Source: Balanoglossus misakiensis
Lineage: Eukaryota > Animalia > Hemichordata
Direction of reading: 5' to 3'
NCBI GenBank assembly: GCA_040954595.2
Contig: CM082589.2
Coordinates: 6,321,186 to 6,385,185 of the forward strand
Length of the DNA: 64,000 bases
A program made the translations under genes and the position numbers. The notes under the pieces are model-generated. The model made no database searches and was not told the origin of the DNA. It was given only the letters and a program-made list of their open reading frames with translations. This document shows, piece after piece, positions 1 to 14,348 of the stretch (position 1 is the first letter of the stretch; every line of letters begins with the position of its first letter).

Positions 1-2
1 TC

Positions 3-359
3 TCCGCCACCACGGGCCCGTCCACCAACGAATTCGGCCCGGCGGCCACCCTGCTCAAGGCCAGGAAGAGAATCATACGCGTCCTCCTATTGGTCATGAT
101 GGCCTTCACTGTCTGCTGGACGCCCAATCAGTTTCTCTTCCTGGCGTTCAACTTCGGCGCCCCGATCGTCTACGGCAGCATATACTACAGCTTCTTCGTG
201 CTCCTGGCGTTCTCGAACTCCGTCATCAACCCCATAATCTACGCCTTCAAGTACAAACAGTTCAGGCGGGGCATTTGCCAGGTGTTCTGTCCTCGTTGGT
301 CGCGCCTCAACCAGGTGAACGATAGCTCCCTGGTTGCCACAACATCAGTGCCACCATAA
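3..359 (+). CDS. 3' end (ICL3-TM6-TM7-tail) of a rhodopsin-family GPCR, galanin/allatostatin-A-receptor-like; 5' part lies outside the window
   Basis: Frame open from base 3: ...LLKARKRIIRVLLLVMMAFTVCWTPNQ (TM6 CWxP)...LAFSNSVINPIIYAFKYKQFRRG (TM7 NPxxY and helix 8), stop at 357-359. The subfamily call is inferred from motif style. Confidence 0.92.
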   Translation, partial: SATTGPSTNEFGPAATLLKARKRIIRVLLLVMMAFTVCWTPNQFLFLAFNFGAPIVYGSIYYSFFVLLAFSNSVINPIIYAFKYKQFRRGICQVFCPRWSRLNQVNDSSLVATTSVPP

Positions 360-1741
360 CACGACTGTCAGAACGCCGTGACGATTACCGCCCTCTTAAG
401 GCGAAAATCGAAAGTAAAGTTGTACAATCATCCATTAATAACAGTCTGCCTCGAATGAGTTAAGAGACTACCTCTAACACTAACAATTTCTGGGATCGAA
501 TAACTCTTTGTGGAGAAACCTCAAAAAATCAGGTAAAACCCAAAACAAAATTTTTCGAAAACGTAGTTCGACCATAGGAACACACACATGAGTTGAGAAT
601 ATTATTAATTTTCACAACTTTCAAGGGCTTTCCAAGGTCACGTGAGACGTGTAAACCGGCGGGGATGTCTTGATTTGTTGATACCTGTTTTTGTAGCCAT
701 TTACCGCTTAATAAATTGCACTTTTGTGTTATATGACGTATAACACGGATATCAGCTTTTGAATAGGTGTATATTTTATAAGGATATATCTACATAAATT
801 ATATATTCCTGCATTATGTATTTATTTATTCTTTTATGAGATATTTGAATTGATAACCTGGAGCAAATATCCGTGAATGATATGACACCCCAACACGTGT
901 ACTTTGTAGATAAGTTTTAATCTCGCTCAATACTGCACCACAATCGCTGTATCTTGTCACTGCGATAGTTATGTTTTGTGACTAGTGCAAATGCTCCTAA
1001 CAATTAGCTTACAAAGGACATGATCCTTTGTTCAATGTAACTACCTCACGTCGTTTTATCAGTATCACGGATCGTAAGGTGATTCAAATGAATTTTCAGA
1101 AGAAAAAGTGCACAATTTAACGTATATATGTATTTATATATTTCTGTGTTTTTTTATCACGCCAACCGTAATGGAAATTCTTGCCGATGAATGTTTGAAC
1201 AGTTTGTAGGCTTTACATGACCACAGAGGGGAGACTCGTACTCTTATATGTTGTAGGCCACCCTGACTAAAATCATTCGTAGAATTTGTCTTTCTGTGCC
1301 GTCACGTGTCTTAGACAGCTCGAGGACAGAAGAGGCCTAGCCAGGGTAGTGGGGAGATGTACCACCCGAATGGACCCATTTAGCAATTTTTATCTTGGAG
1401 TGCGTAGTTCTTAAAGTTGGGATCTGGTTTAGAAGCAGACCCTGTTTTTATTCATTCGCGCGAAACGCGAAAGTACGGAAGCTCATTGATGCCAATCGGT
1501 AACAAAAAAATCTAGTAATTACGATTCTGTGGTTTGTTTTGTCATGATTTGATTATTATTGCAGATAAATATGTGTTGTTTGCATTACTATATCTTGTTT
1601 TGTGATATATGTAATATATTAAAATACCGCAGTAAGTAAAGCTATACGTTATATTGATATAAATATGAATAAAGAAAAATGTATGTTTATTATTCTGACT
1701 TTTTATGTATAGTTTTGTTGCCTCGACATCTTACACTCATT

Positions 1742-1767
1742 CCACCACCACCACCACCACCACCACC

Positions 1768-1843
<76 letters not shown>
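1742..1843. repeat. Compound (CCA)n(TCA)n microsatellite
   Basis: Directly visible trinucleotide run; it produces the spurious poly-P/S and poly-M/V ORFs. Confidence 0.97.
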
Positions 1844-1844
<1 letters not shown>

Positions 1845-2861
1845 TGTCACGATATGATTTACATGGTCACCGGTCTGTACAGTGACGACTTTCTGTTTTT
1901 GAATTCTGTTTTGTGAACGACAGTTCTGTGAATTTACATGACACAAGCACATGGTGTTTACAAGTTATAGTAGGTAACTGAGCGGGTTATTAACATGTTG
2001 TACGCGTTACATCTGTTGGGTGGCATCGAGTACGCCAATCAGCTTCTGAGACCGCGTTTGAAACGGTTGTGATGCAAAACTGGTCATATAAAAGGTCGAT
2101 GCTTCAGGTCCTAGGGGCTCCACTCTACTTCCGGCGTTCCTCTGGTCACCGCGTGTTGCTTCAGGGTACAGAGTCACCGTCCGTGTCCGTGTTGGTTGGG
2201 CGTGCGTTCGTCTGTTGTGCCTTGTCAGTCTACCAGTCATCGGTTGCGAGACATCGGTCACCCATACCTGCGTTTACGTCTGCATTGTCCACTCACCGTC
2301 GACCGTCTCCGAACAGTCGTGAAGCCAGCAGCTCCGTTCCAGGCCCAGGAAATCGCCGTTTCGTCGGTTGCCGGACCTTGCTTCGTCGTTCTTCGCTCGG
2401 GGACTCTGGACATTGTTCTTGTCGGTGAGTTTTTGTGTGCATAACTTTTCGTCACCCGCATTATTATAGGTAGTTCCTACAGAGGCATTTTGTGTGCATA
2501 CTTCTTGTATTTCGTTGTTTCTGGTGAATTACGATCTGGTTACACCATATTTAAATGTGTACGTGTGAGCTCTTTTCTGCACAACACTCTGGCTCCCAAA
2601 CACTCATTTTGGCGATACTAAATTCACGTCACAGTTGGCTAGTGTATCACATACCATCTTGTGACAATTGGGGCTCGTCCGGGATCGTGAATTTCTCTAA
2701 AATTTCCATTTCGTCATTGTCATACCAGAGTGTAATAAGTTCGGAAAGGCTATCACTGTTGGAACGGCATTGGGTCAGTCTCAAAACATGGATTTGCAAG
2801 CATTGGTTACCCTTGGTAAAGAAATGGGTTATGAAGGTGAAGCACTTATCATCTTGTGACA

Positions 2862-2876
2862 ATCATCATCATCATT

Positions 2877-2957
<81 letters not shown>
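2862..2957. repeat. (CAT)n microsatellite
   Basis: Directly visible; explains the poly-His ORF. Confidence 0.97.
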
Positions 2958-4505
2958 TGAGATATAGAGACGAGGAAAGTATTTTCTATTATGTCATTTT
3001 TTCAGAGAGAAAAATAAGCATCTACAAACATATTAATCCGAGTTTATTCTACTTAACATGTCAACTACAGAACATTCATAATCAGCGACGAAAGTTACAA
3101 TATAATATTTGACAACATTGCAGTTATCATTTACACAATACATACATATACTTGGTCAATTACATTAAACAGACCTCTCCCTACCTTCCCAATAAAATGA
3201 CAGAAAAAATCGTTTATTTCAAGGATAATACAAAAGGCCTCTTCACTGTCAGTATTATCGAGGAATTTTGGAAGACCTCGTCTCTTCCTCTCGGAAGGCA
3301 GCACTACTATGAACTCGTGTGGGGCGCTATTTCCTATTTGCCCATCATGAAAACTCAGTGAATTCAATGAGCGGGTGTTTTTGTTGTGTTATACGTTGAG
3401 GTTAAAAAGTCTTGTTCTGTTCGTTTTGATAAGAAGCTCCGAAAAAAAAAATGTTTTCTTATTAATTCACTTAATGTTAATAAACGTCCATTACAGGATG
3501 AAATGTCTATACTTTGCCATCAATAATCAGCGATGAAACCTTTTTATCGGATACAACAGCACTAACAGAAACTGGCCTAAGATACGCAGCCACACCCACA
3601 ACACTAGACGGATACTATAGCCATTGGTGAAAAGCGCCACCATTCGTCGAAATCGACAAAACATTTCAAGGTTCTAATTTAAAGCATATGATAAGTCTAA
3701 AGGGCTCACTAAATAGTACAGAAAAAAACACTACACCCCATATGTGGTATTTGAATGTCGACTACTTTGACAACTATAGAATATAAATAGGTGAAACACT
3801 CATTTGATTAACTACAAACCCTAAGTCTCACTGGTTTTCTATACATATGGAGAAGAAACAGTCGTGTAAAAGCCACATTCTTGATCTCAAAAGCAACAGG
3901 AAGTTGATCGATACGAAAAAAATATCAGTAAAATATAAAATAGTGAAAATTAATGCATAAGGAAATATTGTCATCATTGGAAGGCATTGCCACTTAGTGT
4001 TTAAAACATTTCGTGTAAAAAATAAAATAGCAAAAATATTCTGCGTGTTGGTAGACAGTCTTTCATGCATAGAAATTTATCGCCTGTCCGACATGACATC
4101 ACTATAAACATGCTACCCTTCCCGGCAAATCCGCACCAAAAAGGTCAAAGGTGAACAATACAGGCAACGACAAAACACGTGACGACAACACCAAGTTACT
4201 TCAGAATCCGACGTCACATCCGCTGTAAATACAAACACTGTTGATTTGCGAAGGTTAACGATATGCAAACTGTATGCGAAGTTTAACTCCAGAGAGAGTC
4301 GACTGTGGTAGGTTTTAAATTTTTCGTTCAGGGAAACGTTTCCTGAATTCTTTAGAATAGACAATGAAAACATAAAATGTGAAACCATTGACTGCTGTCT
4401 ATGGTGAAAATTAAGGCAGTAACTTGGTTCTATTTCCAGGTTACCCAGCCATCATAATCGAAATTGCACTGTTGACGTCATGTATGGTAGGCACAGATTT
4501 TACAT

Positions 4506-4766
4506 TAGGAGACTTTCATGACCCCTATATGACCTTACATCCTCGTACTTCCGGTGTTAAGAATCCACCAGGTTGACTAAACTTCTACAAAAACTGTACA
4601 ATCGCAGCTGTTGTCAATAAATTGTGTACTGAATTCCAAAAGTAACCCTTTTTCAAGCAACATTTTACATGTTTCTTGTCTGGTCCCAAAATGTTGAATT
4701 TTGACAACCCCGCACCAACGGAAGTACGAGGATGTAAGGTCACATAGGGGTCATGAAAGTGACCTA
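4506..4766. mobile_element. MITE-like non-autonomous DNA element, about 260 bp with about 48 bp terminal inverted repeats
   Basis: taggagactttcatgacccctatatgaccttacatcctcgtacttccg (4506-4553) is nearly the exact reverse complement of cggaagtacgaggatgtaaggtcacataggggtcatgaaagtgaccta (4719-4766). TA lies at both outer ends. Confidence 0.75.
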
Positions 4767-4812
4767 TTCTACCGAATGAACACCTAAAACTTTATTGGAT
4801 TTTCTTATAAAT

Positions 4813-6599
4813 TCAAACTTCTTCCTTTGGTTTCTCCTCTTCCCCGTTGGAGACTTCGAAATAAGTTGGCGGCTTCTGTTCGTTATTTCCTTCAACCTTT
4901 TCCTCGATCAATCGCGCCTTGTCCGATGTCTTGATGTCGGGTGAGGGCGGATGACTCGCGGCTTTCTCGTCTTTGTCGCTTGCGGGCGTTTCCGGAGGCG
5001 CTTGTTCCTCCTCTTTCGTGGGGCTGGGCGTGGCCGCCGGTGACTTCTTCTTCTCCCCATTCACGCCGTTCGGATCGGGTTCGGCCATCGGGGCCCGGGT
5101 GTACCCTTTCTTGTCGTTAGAGGGCGACTTCTCCTTGTCGTCTCTCGACTTGATTTTCAGGACCACGGGGCCTTTGTTTCTTCGGATGGTGTACACTTGG
5201 TAAATGATGCAGCTTAACAGCATCACGGCCACCAGCACGCCGACGATGAGAATTGCAATTTCCCAGGGTTTCCAAATTTCTGAAAGGAAGAAAGAGGTAA
5301 TCGTGCAATATATATTACCCTTAAGTCCCAGATTTCGCAAAACAAATACATCAAGATTATAAGTTGCCAGGCAAAAAAGGCAAAGTTTGAAGTATATGCC
5401 TCTTGGAATTCGAACATGTTTACGTCAAGGATCACTTGAAGCCATGTGGATACGCAGAGAATCGTGAGGACATTAACGACGTCCGTGTGTGGCTTCCAGG
5501 GGGAAGATTACTATCACGACGCAATGTGCGCCAGCAGGTTGCTGCAATAAAACAATATCTTGACATATTCGCGACAGGATTCCTAAAAGATGACCGTTTT
5601 TATAATTCATTGCATTCTCAGCCTGTCTTTCATCGGAACACGTTTTCGCTCTAAAAAGTTCACACCGTTCCGGTATTGGTGATCGTTAATTGCGGGGAAA
5701 GGGGAGAAAATTGCTTTCCTTCATTAATTCGGATCTCGGAAGGAAATTCCAGGTGAGTGATCCACATTCAACGAACTTAAGGCCAAGCCACCGAGGGGTA
5801 ACCATAGCAACTGAAACATCATCGGGATGATTAAACTTACCACGGGGTAAATGAGCGCGCAAATCGTGACGGAGGCATATTGAAACAAACCACACGGACG
5901 CAAGGTCAGCGAACAGCATTTCAATGACATCTGGAAAAAGATCTTGAATTTTGCACATGCGCACAGTGTGTCTCCCATCTGCCATCTGTTAATAAGGCAC
6001 TTAGCTAAGTCATTGATAGGTGATGTGATTAGGGATGTCGTTTATAGATCGACGGCCACCGCTTTCGCGCGCAGATGTAATTGTCACCGTTCCTCAAGCT
6101 CTAGGACACTAATTACTAACGATTTCGCCATTCAAGACTGAACACGCTGTAAATGCCCGGATGTTTCAGTGAAGATTGTAGAAAACATAATCGACTTACG
6201 GTCACTTGGCCGTGTCGGCGGCTTCTCTACTGTTTCTTCTTCAACGGGTTGTTCGTTACTTAGCTTTCCAGTTCCCCTGACTTGATCTAGCCGCGGAAAA
6301 AAATAAACAATCAGGCGATTAAAATGGAGTCTGTGATGTTTAAAATAAAGCATGGAATTTACATGCGAAGCTACTCACTGCATTCGTGAATTGACCAATA
6401 AAACATGTTCCACCCCCCCCCCCTTTATTGAGAAAAAAATGCCCATTTCTATTCAATAAAATAATGAAAAAAAAATCAACCAAATATTCGGAGCAAATCA
6501 TTCGCTATAATCATTCTTACGATATTACTAACCTGCATGGACAATTATGAATAGAAGACAAATGTAACAAAAAAGCTGCCATGTTTGGAATCTCGCCAT
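4813..6599 (-). CDS. Gene A: uncharacterised single-pass type I membrane protein (about 206 aa) with a PPxY tail
   Basis: Exons 6599-6533 (MARFQTWQLFCYICLLFIIVHA, signal peptide, GT donor, phase 1), 6286-6200 (DQVRGTGKLSNEQPVEEETVEKPPTRPSD) and 5279-4813 (QIWKPWEIAILIVGVLVAVMLLSCIIYQVYTIRRNK...KPPTYFEV...KEEV*). All introns are GT-AG and phases match. AATAAA on the minus strand at 4796-4791. Confidence 0.82.
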
Positions 6600-8128
6600 T
6601 TTCTCGACCGTCCGCTAATTCACCTTTGTCACAGATCAGTGTTCGTAGTCAACGAATCCACATAAAGGCAGCTGAAAGAAAATTGAAGACATACAAGAAA
6701 CATATATATTAGTGGAGGATAAACAACGAAAACACACGTACTTGTAGTGAGGAATAACCGATTTATTCTCACTAGTCACTACAAGTTTAGTGAAATTCTC
6801 TGGTCCGTATCGACCAGCCCAGCCAAGTTTAAGGTCATCCAGTCATTTTCTCCTGATATTAGTAAGTCACGAAAAAGGCATATATATAGATATGTTTTGT
6901 TATTTTGAGTATAAAGGGTCGATATAATATTTACCAAAAATGTGACCGATATCTTTTATACTGCTTGTCTGTTATTGTATCTCCCTTGCTTGCTGTGTTT
7001 TTCTCTCTCAAAAAGTTTAACAGTCTTGCTTTGCTGATGTAATTTTATTTGTAACACGAGACGCGAAAACACAGAAAAATCGTTGGCAGAAATCCCAATA
7101 TTCATATGTTAAAATTGATACACGTAAATAACAAAGAAACCCGTTCGATAACCATAGCTGCACGCCCCTGAGGGTTATACGTGTTTGCACACGTCGGCAG
7201 TGTGTTTTACCTTATTCATATTCGATTCTATGGAGGTTACCCTGAGGTCAACGTGGGAGACTCACGACCGATGTTATTTTCCCCTTTCGAGCGAGATCAT
7301 AAATGCTCCCTGGGGACCGCCATCGATCAGAGCGCACCGGGGCATAAAACACAACTCTACAGATGGCGCCGTTCTTCCCACAAAAGAATAAGAGCTCGAC
7401 CTGTCAGGGGACGCATATTCTACTTCTTAGTGCACGGATATGTCTTAATTTCAATGGAGTCTCCCGGGCGAGTTAATGACAGGCATTTACTGCATGGAGA
7501 GACTTTGCCACCTGTACAATTACCTTGCAAGAGAAATATTCCCGCAAATTGGACAATTAAAAGAAATTATATAAATGGAATCACGCCAGACGGGCTGTTG
7601 TGATTGGACGATGGGACTTGGCGTTCCTTCTAGTAGAGAGAGCTATTAGGCTTGATCGCTATCAGGGAAAAGGGAATATGAGAAAAAAGTGACCTCCCCC
7701 CCCCCCCCACCCATTTCATTGTACGCACAGGGAGAAAATATATACATCCTGCGGCAGGCAGCCAAATATTTTCCAGTCTCACTGGGATATCTCTAAACCG
7801 CGGAAAAGCAAGCAGGCTTTGCGGCAGCCTTTGATGTAGAAGTGGGTGAGGTATTCGTGTAGTGTAGCGTTGCTGACCTAGTAATTTGGGCTTCTAGTCA
7901 TACAGCCGTCCATAGCAGATGCTCACAGCATTATCTCCATAATTGATTTATACTGGCAGATATCCACTGCAATTCAATTCCACGAATAGGATATATGAGC
8001 CAATCAACAAAGGTGGTGTTGATTCGTGACTTAAGTCGCATCGCAATACTTGTTTCTTTCTTTCTATTATAGTACATGTCTGCATGCACGAGCATGTATT
8101 TATTCAAAGTTTTCTCCGTCTGTCTGCT

Positions 8129-8280
8129 CATAGATAGATAGATACATAGATAGATACATAGATAGATACATAGATACATAGATAGATACATAGATAGATA
8201 CATAGATACATAGATAGATACATAGATAGATACATAGATAGATACATAGATACATACATAGATACATAAATACATACATA
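8129..8280. repeat. (TAGA/TACA)n tetranucleotide microsatellite
   Basis: Directly visible. Confidence 0.95.
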
Positions 8281-9269
8281 TGCACCAGAAAATGAAATAA
8301 TCAGCTTATATTATTTATCACTAGAGGCTTTCAGCTAAGAATGTACACGTGGGGTTACTGTCATTGAGAAAGTACATTCATCCCATTTTCCGATAGAGTA
8401 CGTGTAATCAAAACTGAAAGTCAAATTTCCTTTTTGCGTTTATCACATTTAATTGCAGCAATCCCTAATCAGTGCGGAAACACGTCACGAATATTCGCAT
8501 ATATGTGGGCGTCGGTTGGGGGACACAAAAGATAACCGTTTCCACGGTTCGAACCGGATCTTCTTGGCCGGCTCAATTGCATACAGGGTGATTGATGAAA
8601 GCGTGCCTCGATTGGTTGTGTATTCGACATTAATGGCCGACAAGTGAGTCTCGGTTGAGATTCATGACTCACCGCCGCGAATTGCCGGCTATGATGTAGC
8701 ATATACCTCCGTATCAGACATAATGGTTAGGGGGCCCTTAGCGGGGAAATCTTTCATACCACGGCACATCCTTGCATGGGGAAAATTCATATTATCAAAT
8801 GTTGCAGATTTTCTAAAATTGTGAAGTCATATCCTCAGAATGGGTAAAAACAAACGTTTCTTCAAAATCGTTACTAAAAACAAATAATTTAAATTTTTGC
8901 TGATAAGTTTTAAGCGACGAATAGAAAATTGTAAAAGAAATATCATCTGTCATATAATTATAAAACAGAACGACGTTGCTATGTAAATAATTTGACCACT
9001 GTTCGTCTCTTGCTGTCGTCAAGATGAAGAATAGTTTGACAAAATATAATTTTAATACTCGAGCTGAATATCTCAGTTTCGTCGGTTGACCTTTGACCTT
9101 ATATATGCAACAGGAATTTAAAATCAACTGGTGAGTGTACATGTAGTACACGTGACCGCTTTAACCTGTGAAAGGTATTACGGTCACATATGCAAATCTA
9201 ACTACAGTTACCATGGAAAGTGGCGATCGCATATATTTACTCGGGTGGCCACTTGAAAACAAAGCGCCA

Positions 9270-9473
<204 letters not shown>

Positions 9474-12400
9474 GGTGGTTTAGGTGGTGGTAGTGGGGAT
9501 GGTGGGTTGTGATGCAGCGGCTGTGGTGGTCGTTTTGAAAGCGTGGTGGAGGCTACAGAAGCCTGTGGGAAACGGCTTACAATACGTGCCAGGGCGGAAA
9601 GAAGTCTATCTTTGATAACTGGCTATCTCTCCGCGCTCTCCACATTCTCCTTTCGTCGTCTGTCGCTCTATTGTCATTAACGGAGGTGCCGCTAGGAATC
9701 CACGGCACTTCAAAGGCCTAATTGAACCCTCGAGGAACACCCACGTCCTCAATCTTCGAAACTGTACAGAGAGATAATGCAGGTAGATAACGAAGCATTT
9801 CTGCATGCGAGGACTAAACATGGATATTAATAAATATCCCGGGGCAGCCCACTGAAAGAGTTTAATGACAAATTGACCTGACAATCTTCGACTGTTTGAA
9901 ACTGACTGCCAATGGCCGACTTGAATCGATTGAAACACGTACTGAAAGCGGTTTCTTGTGTGAAAAGTTATCTCATAGCGGGTCTTGTCACATACAATAG
10001 AGATATGGCGGGTAGATTCTCGCAACAGACGACCACTTATGCTGCGTTCTGAGTGATGTCATGTTTGTTCCGAATGTTTTGAAGATTTATGACTGTCGCG
10101 CGCCGCGACTGCCGTAATTCCGGATACTCGTTATCGGAATGATAAATGTCTAGACGCTTCAAGTGCTAACATATACTTCATGGAAAAATGGAGTGTTGTG
10201 TTGTGTGGTGTGGTGTGGTGTGGTATGCTGTAATCTCCAACAGTCACTTTCTTACCAATTTCATAATATTATCACGGAGGATAACGTGACAACGCACAGC
10301 CTACTAACAGCAAGCGAAAAACCGAGCTGCGTGCCGAAAATGAAGAATTAAAAAAAACTGTAAAATGAGAGAAATTTGACGCCATGGTATGCAAATTATT
10401 TGCAAAGAATGTTAGATATAGGGTAGCTGGAGCAATAATTTTACGGTTTTATCTCTACCGGGCCACTGGACTCGCTCGTCAGGAGACCATGTTTTTATCA
10501 TATAAATATTATGTTCAACATCGGTATATATCAGAATATTTCCCATAAATTATTCAACAGGAACAGCTTTAGAAAAATATAATGATACAATGAGCAGCAT
10601 ATCGGTATTATGAAGCGGAAAATAAAAGATGATTCTTTGATGAAGCGCCGGAATTCTGCATAGGCGCGACCTTTTGACACCGAGAAACTGCATCAAACGT
10701 TGATCATCGTCTGATTGTGTATTCTGTACACGTTTGCAAACCACCGTGATGTGACCGGTACGCGACGTGAACGCAAGCCCTATGGAGGTTTGAAAGTGCC
10801 TGTGCATAAAACGCCCACATAGCGTGATTAGCACACTTAAAGCCTATTCTTAAGTGTATGTGACAGTGTCGAGTTTGGTAGGGTTAACACGACATCTGCA
10901 TTATTAAACGTCGCGTGGCCTTTCTTCTCGATGGATTGGCGCGACATACGATCAATGTGAAAATAGGACAGCCTTGTTAAGAACCAGAACACAACATATC
11001 GAATAAATTCCAGTCTTCTTTTATTGATATTTTAATTAATTCGGGGGGGGGGGGACTATCCTCTTTTAAGCTTACACCTGTCCTCTTTGCCAAAGCCATG
11101 TCGCAGGAAATCCTCGTCTTTGATGCCTCCAAATACGACTAACTCTCTTTCCTCCAAATTTATTCAGCTTACAAGCATATATTCATGGCACAACGTGGCA
11201 AATCAAGCATTGAATGCATGCTTCGGTAAACCACGCAGCGTTCTCTTTGAAACCGCCCCGTTCCCATGGCAGCAGCAGTGGAGATGCATCGTAAATAATC
11301 TTCACCTGAATTCGATACACTTAGAATGATAAATTGCATTACGCATCATGCCGATATGTTTAATTATTCCGCCGTCGCGCTTTTTTACTCTAAGATAACT
11401 AAGATTGTGATGCAAATATTTGTTTTGTCATTAACAAAAAAATATGAATCATGGGATATCACGTGACCGGTTCTCTGAACCAATACCGATACTGTGCACG
11501 ACGGTTAATGGCACTTTGAAGGCAGAAAAGTGAAACGAGCAATATCTAGGTCATTGTGTATACATGTATGTCAGCTGCCAAAGCCTGCCAATAATATCAG
11601 TGTCCTTTGTCACAATTCAGAGTTCAACTGGATTTCTATCAGTATTCATGACGGTCGCTCTGCTCAAGCGAGATATTCTCATTAATTAGCATGCATCAAC
11701 GCTCAGATCTGACAGGCACGACCATTGACTGAATTCACGACACTTTCTATTATTTGACTTGATCTGACCGTTTTTTTCTCGGATTGGTTAAAACCATTTG
11801 AAGATGAGCTGTACCTTTGATGATGGGTTGAGACTGACAATACAATAGACGTGCTTGCTAATCTTTCAAGCGAACGGACAGGTAAACGCGAGGCTGTCAA
11901 GGGCAGTTAGACGTTATAACGCCAATAGCATTCGACGAGATGTCAAATATAGGCAATCGTCTGAATGACTCAGTAAAATGACGTTGGTGTCGCATCCGAC
12001 AAGTGAACTATTTTTCAGTGAACATTTAGTCCCTAATATCAACATTTTGCCACAACCTTGCCACAATATTTGGTGACGAAAGAAAAAAAAGGATGGCATA
12101 CCCAAGAAGTTCAATCTATCAAATACCTGTACCGTGAAGAATCTGATAGATGAAAATATTTTCTCGTGGTAAATATTCATGAGCTAAAGATAATGCGTGC
12201 ATTCTAATTTAATCAGCTATGCCATAGTAAATCTCTTGAGAGAGACAATGCGATGGGTTGGAGACTCATCTCGGAGTTCGGTGCCGAGATCCGTCCGAAA
12301 TCAGCCGAAGTGTAAACGACATTATCAGAGCACTGAGGCCATTTAACCAGACTGTGTTTCCTGATGATTCTTTTCCTGTGACTGACACAACAGACAAAAT

Positions 12401-14162
12401 AACCGAAACTGGGAGAGTTAAATAGAAAATTAAACAACCCCTAACGCACAATGAAATCATTGATCCAATATGTGCAGACTTTATTTCAAAGCAGGAAATG
12501 ACAATTCATCATGTTTCTAATACGTCGAATGACTGTCACGAGTGAAAGCTTTTGAGAGAATCGCTTTCATGGCAACGTACAACCATGAAAAGCGCAGTTG
12601 TAAAAATACGTAGACCAACATATCTTGTAAAAGCCAGGCAGGTTAAGCCATTGTAAATAGTACATTTCATAAATATGGGTCGATTTAACAACACTAGATA
12701 GCTTGAACGATTGCCTGCGCGGTTTTAAATGGGGCTAAGAGGCTGTGCAAACAAAATTTTTAATTTGTTGTCCATACACGTTTGGAATACTTGGGAGCAC
12801 ACCCCAACACGCGTGCGCGTGCCATTTACTATAGCGATTTCATGTTTGCCTTGCTTTCAAGCTCAGACAAATACCACTGTCGGGAGGGGGGTATTTGTTC
12901 GAGTTTGAAGCAACCAGCGACTAGAACAACCCGAGGGTACTGAGTTAACCCATCGAAGACAATAATTCCCACATGTTATTTGAGAAACGAAATTTAAATG
13001 TGCAAAAAGGCGTGCTCACATCCAATTACTAGTATAACACAGCCATTTTCTCTGAATCAACGTTTTATCGAATTATAGGTTAAATATGGGGAATATATCT
13101 AAAAGGCTATCATATATAGGGGTATTCAGTCAGAAATCAGGATACATTTCCTATTTAAAAAATCCCCGAAATACTTATTTAGGTTAAAATAAATAGAATT
13201 CTGAGAATGATGGTAATCCTTCGGGAGCTCGCCAGATTGGCTTAAGGGCAGTATCTGTCACGTTCGCATTTTTATTTGCCTAACGGTAATAGAGTATGAG
13301 TCAGCGTTGCTCAGGGATGGAGGAAGAAAATTACACATTGTACAGCACGTTTATTTCCACGTATTGAAAATATTTTTCCGGAGAAAATCAACTTCTGCCG
13401 TTAGGAGAAGAAAGGCACATTCGTTTAGTAAGGGCTTATACTTTTAATTGGTCGCGCTGAGGTGACGGCGAGTTCATTGTCAGGAAACAGATGCCCAGAC
13501 AAGGAACGGCGTAAGGGTTGTAATTGAGTGGGGGCTACGCCTTCTTTTGAATCGTGGCAGTAAAAACGTACATTTCGTGCCTAACGTGCACATTTCCCGA
13601 CCCCGGATTAAGATGGTAGTGGCGAAATGCGTGCAAATTTGGAAATAGGAAGTGGTGTTTTCTCCTTACCTGCATATGGTGGCGAAATTCGGTCTTGGCT
13701 CCGTGTCAGACGGGCGAGGCCATGACAGATGCGATCATGTGACACGATGACGGGCCGCTGATAGACCTGCAAACTCTGAATTATTCAACAAGTCACGTGA
13801 TTTTTTCCCTTGTCTTTTCACAGAGTGTGGGCGGCCTCGCGTGTGGTAGCTATTACCCCTTCTTACCCCTCCTCGCCACTTCTCCCAGAAAATAAGGCCT
13901 AGATTTCGCAAAACGTCTGGAATCGAGAAGCGGAATACTCTGCAAAGTGCACAGACAGTGAAAAATGGAGTCACAAAAAAATCGTTAAATTCATCACAGC
14001 GTGTCACTGCCGTCTGTCATGACACTGCTAATTTATGATAATTACGTCAAACAAACGACCCTTTGTTATCCAATTCTTCACTCCGTGATTCACGTCTGAC
14101 TCGGCTAATACCTTCCGCGCGTAATTGCTTTTCGTTCTGTAATCACCGATGGCAGTGATGAC

Positions 14163-14255
14163 TTAACCCTTTCACCCCCATTTCCCTGTATTGAGGTCCA
14201 TCTTTACAATAGAAAACAATGAGTTTGGACTAAACCATGGAAGTGAAAGGGTAAA
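14163..14255. mobile_element. Short piggyBac-type MITE remnant
   Basis: TTAA|CCCTTTCAC...GTGAAAGGG|TAAA: 9 bp TIRs starting CCC with a TTAA-like target site, degenerate on the right side. Confidence 0.6.
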
Positions 14256-14348
14256 TTGTATTCATGATCCGCCGATCCATTCTGAACACAACCATGACAA
14301 TGTCGGATTCCGGATATGTAATTAATGTATTACCGTTTTCCGTTTAAA

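Noticed and set aside
2647-3367. Two protein-looking minus-strand ORFs (3367-3131 and 2862-2647)
   Set aside because: The candidate donor and acceptor phases do not join in frame, and no domain is recognisable.
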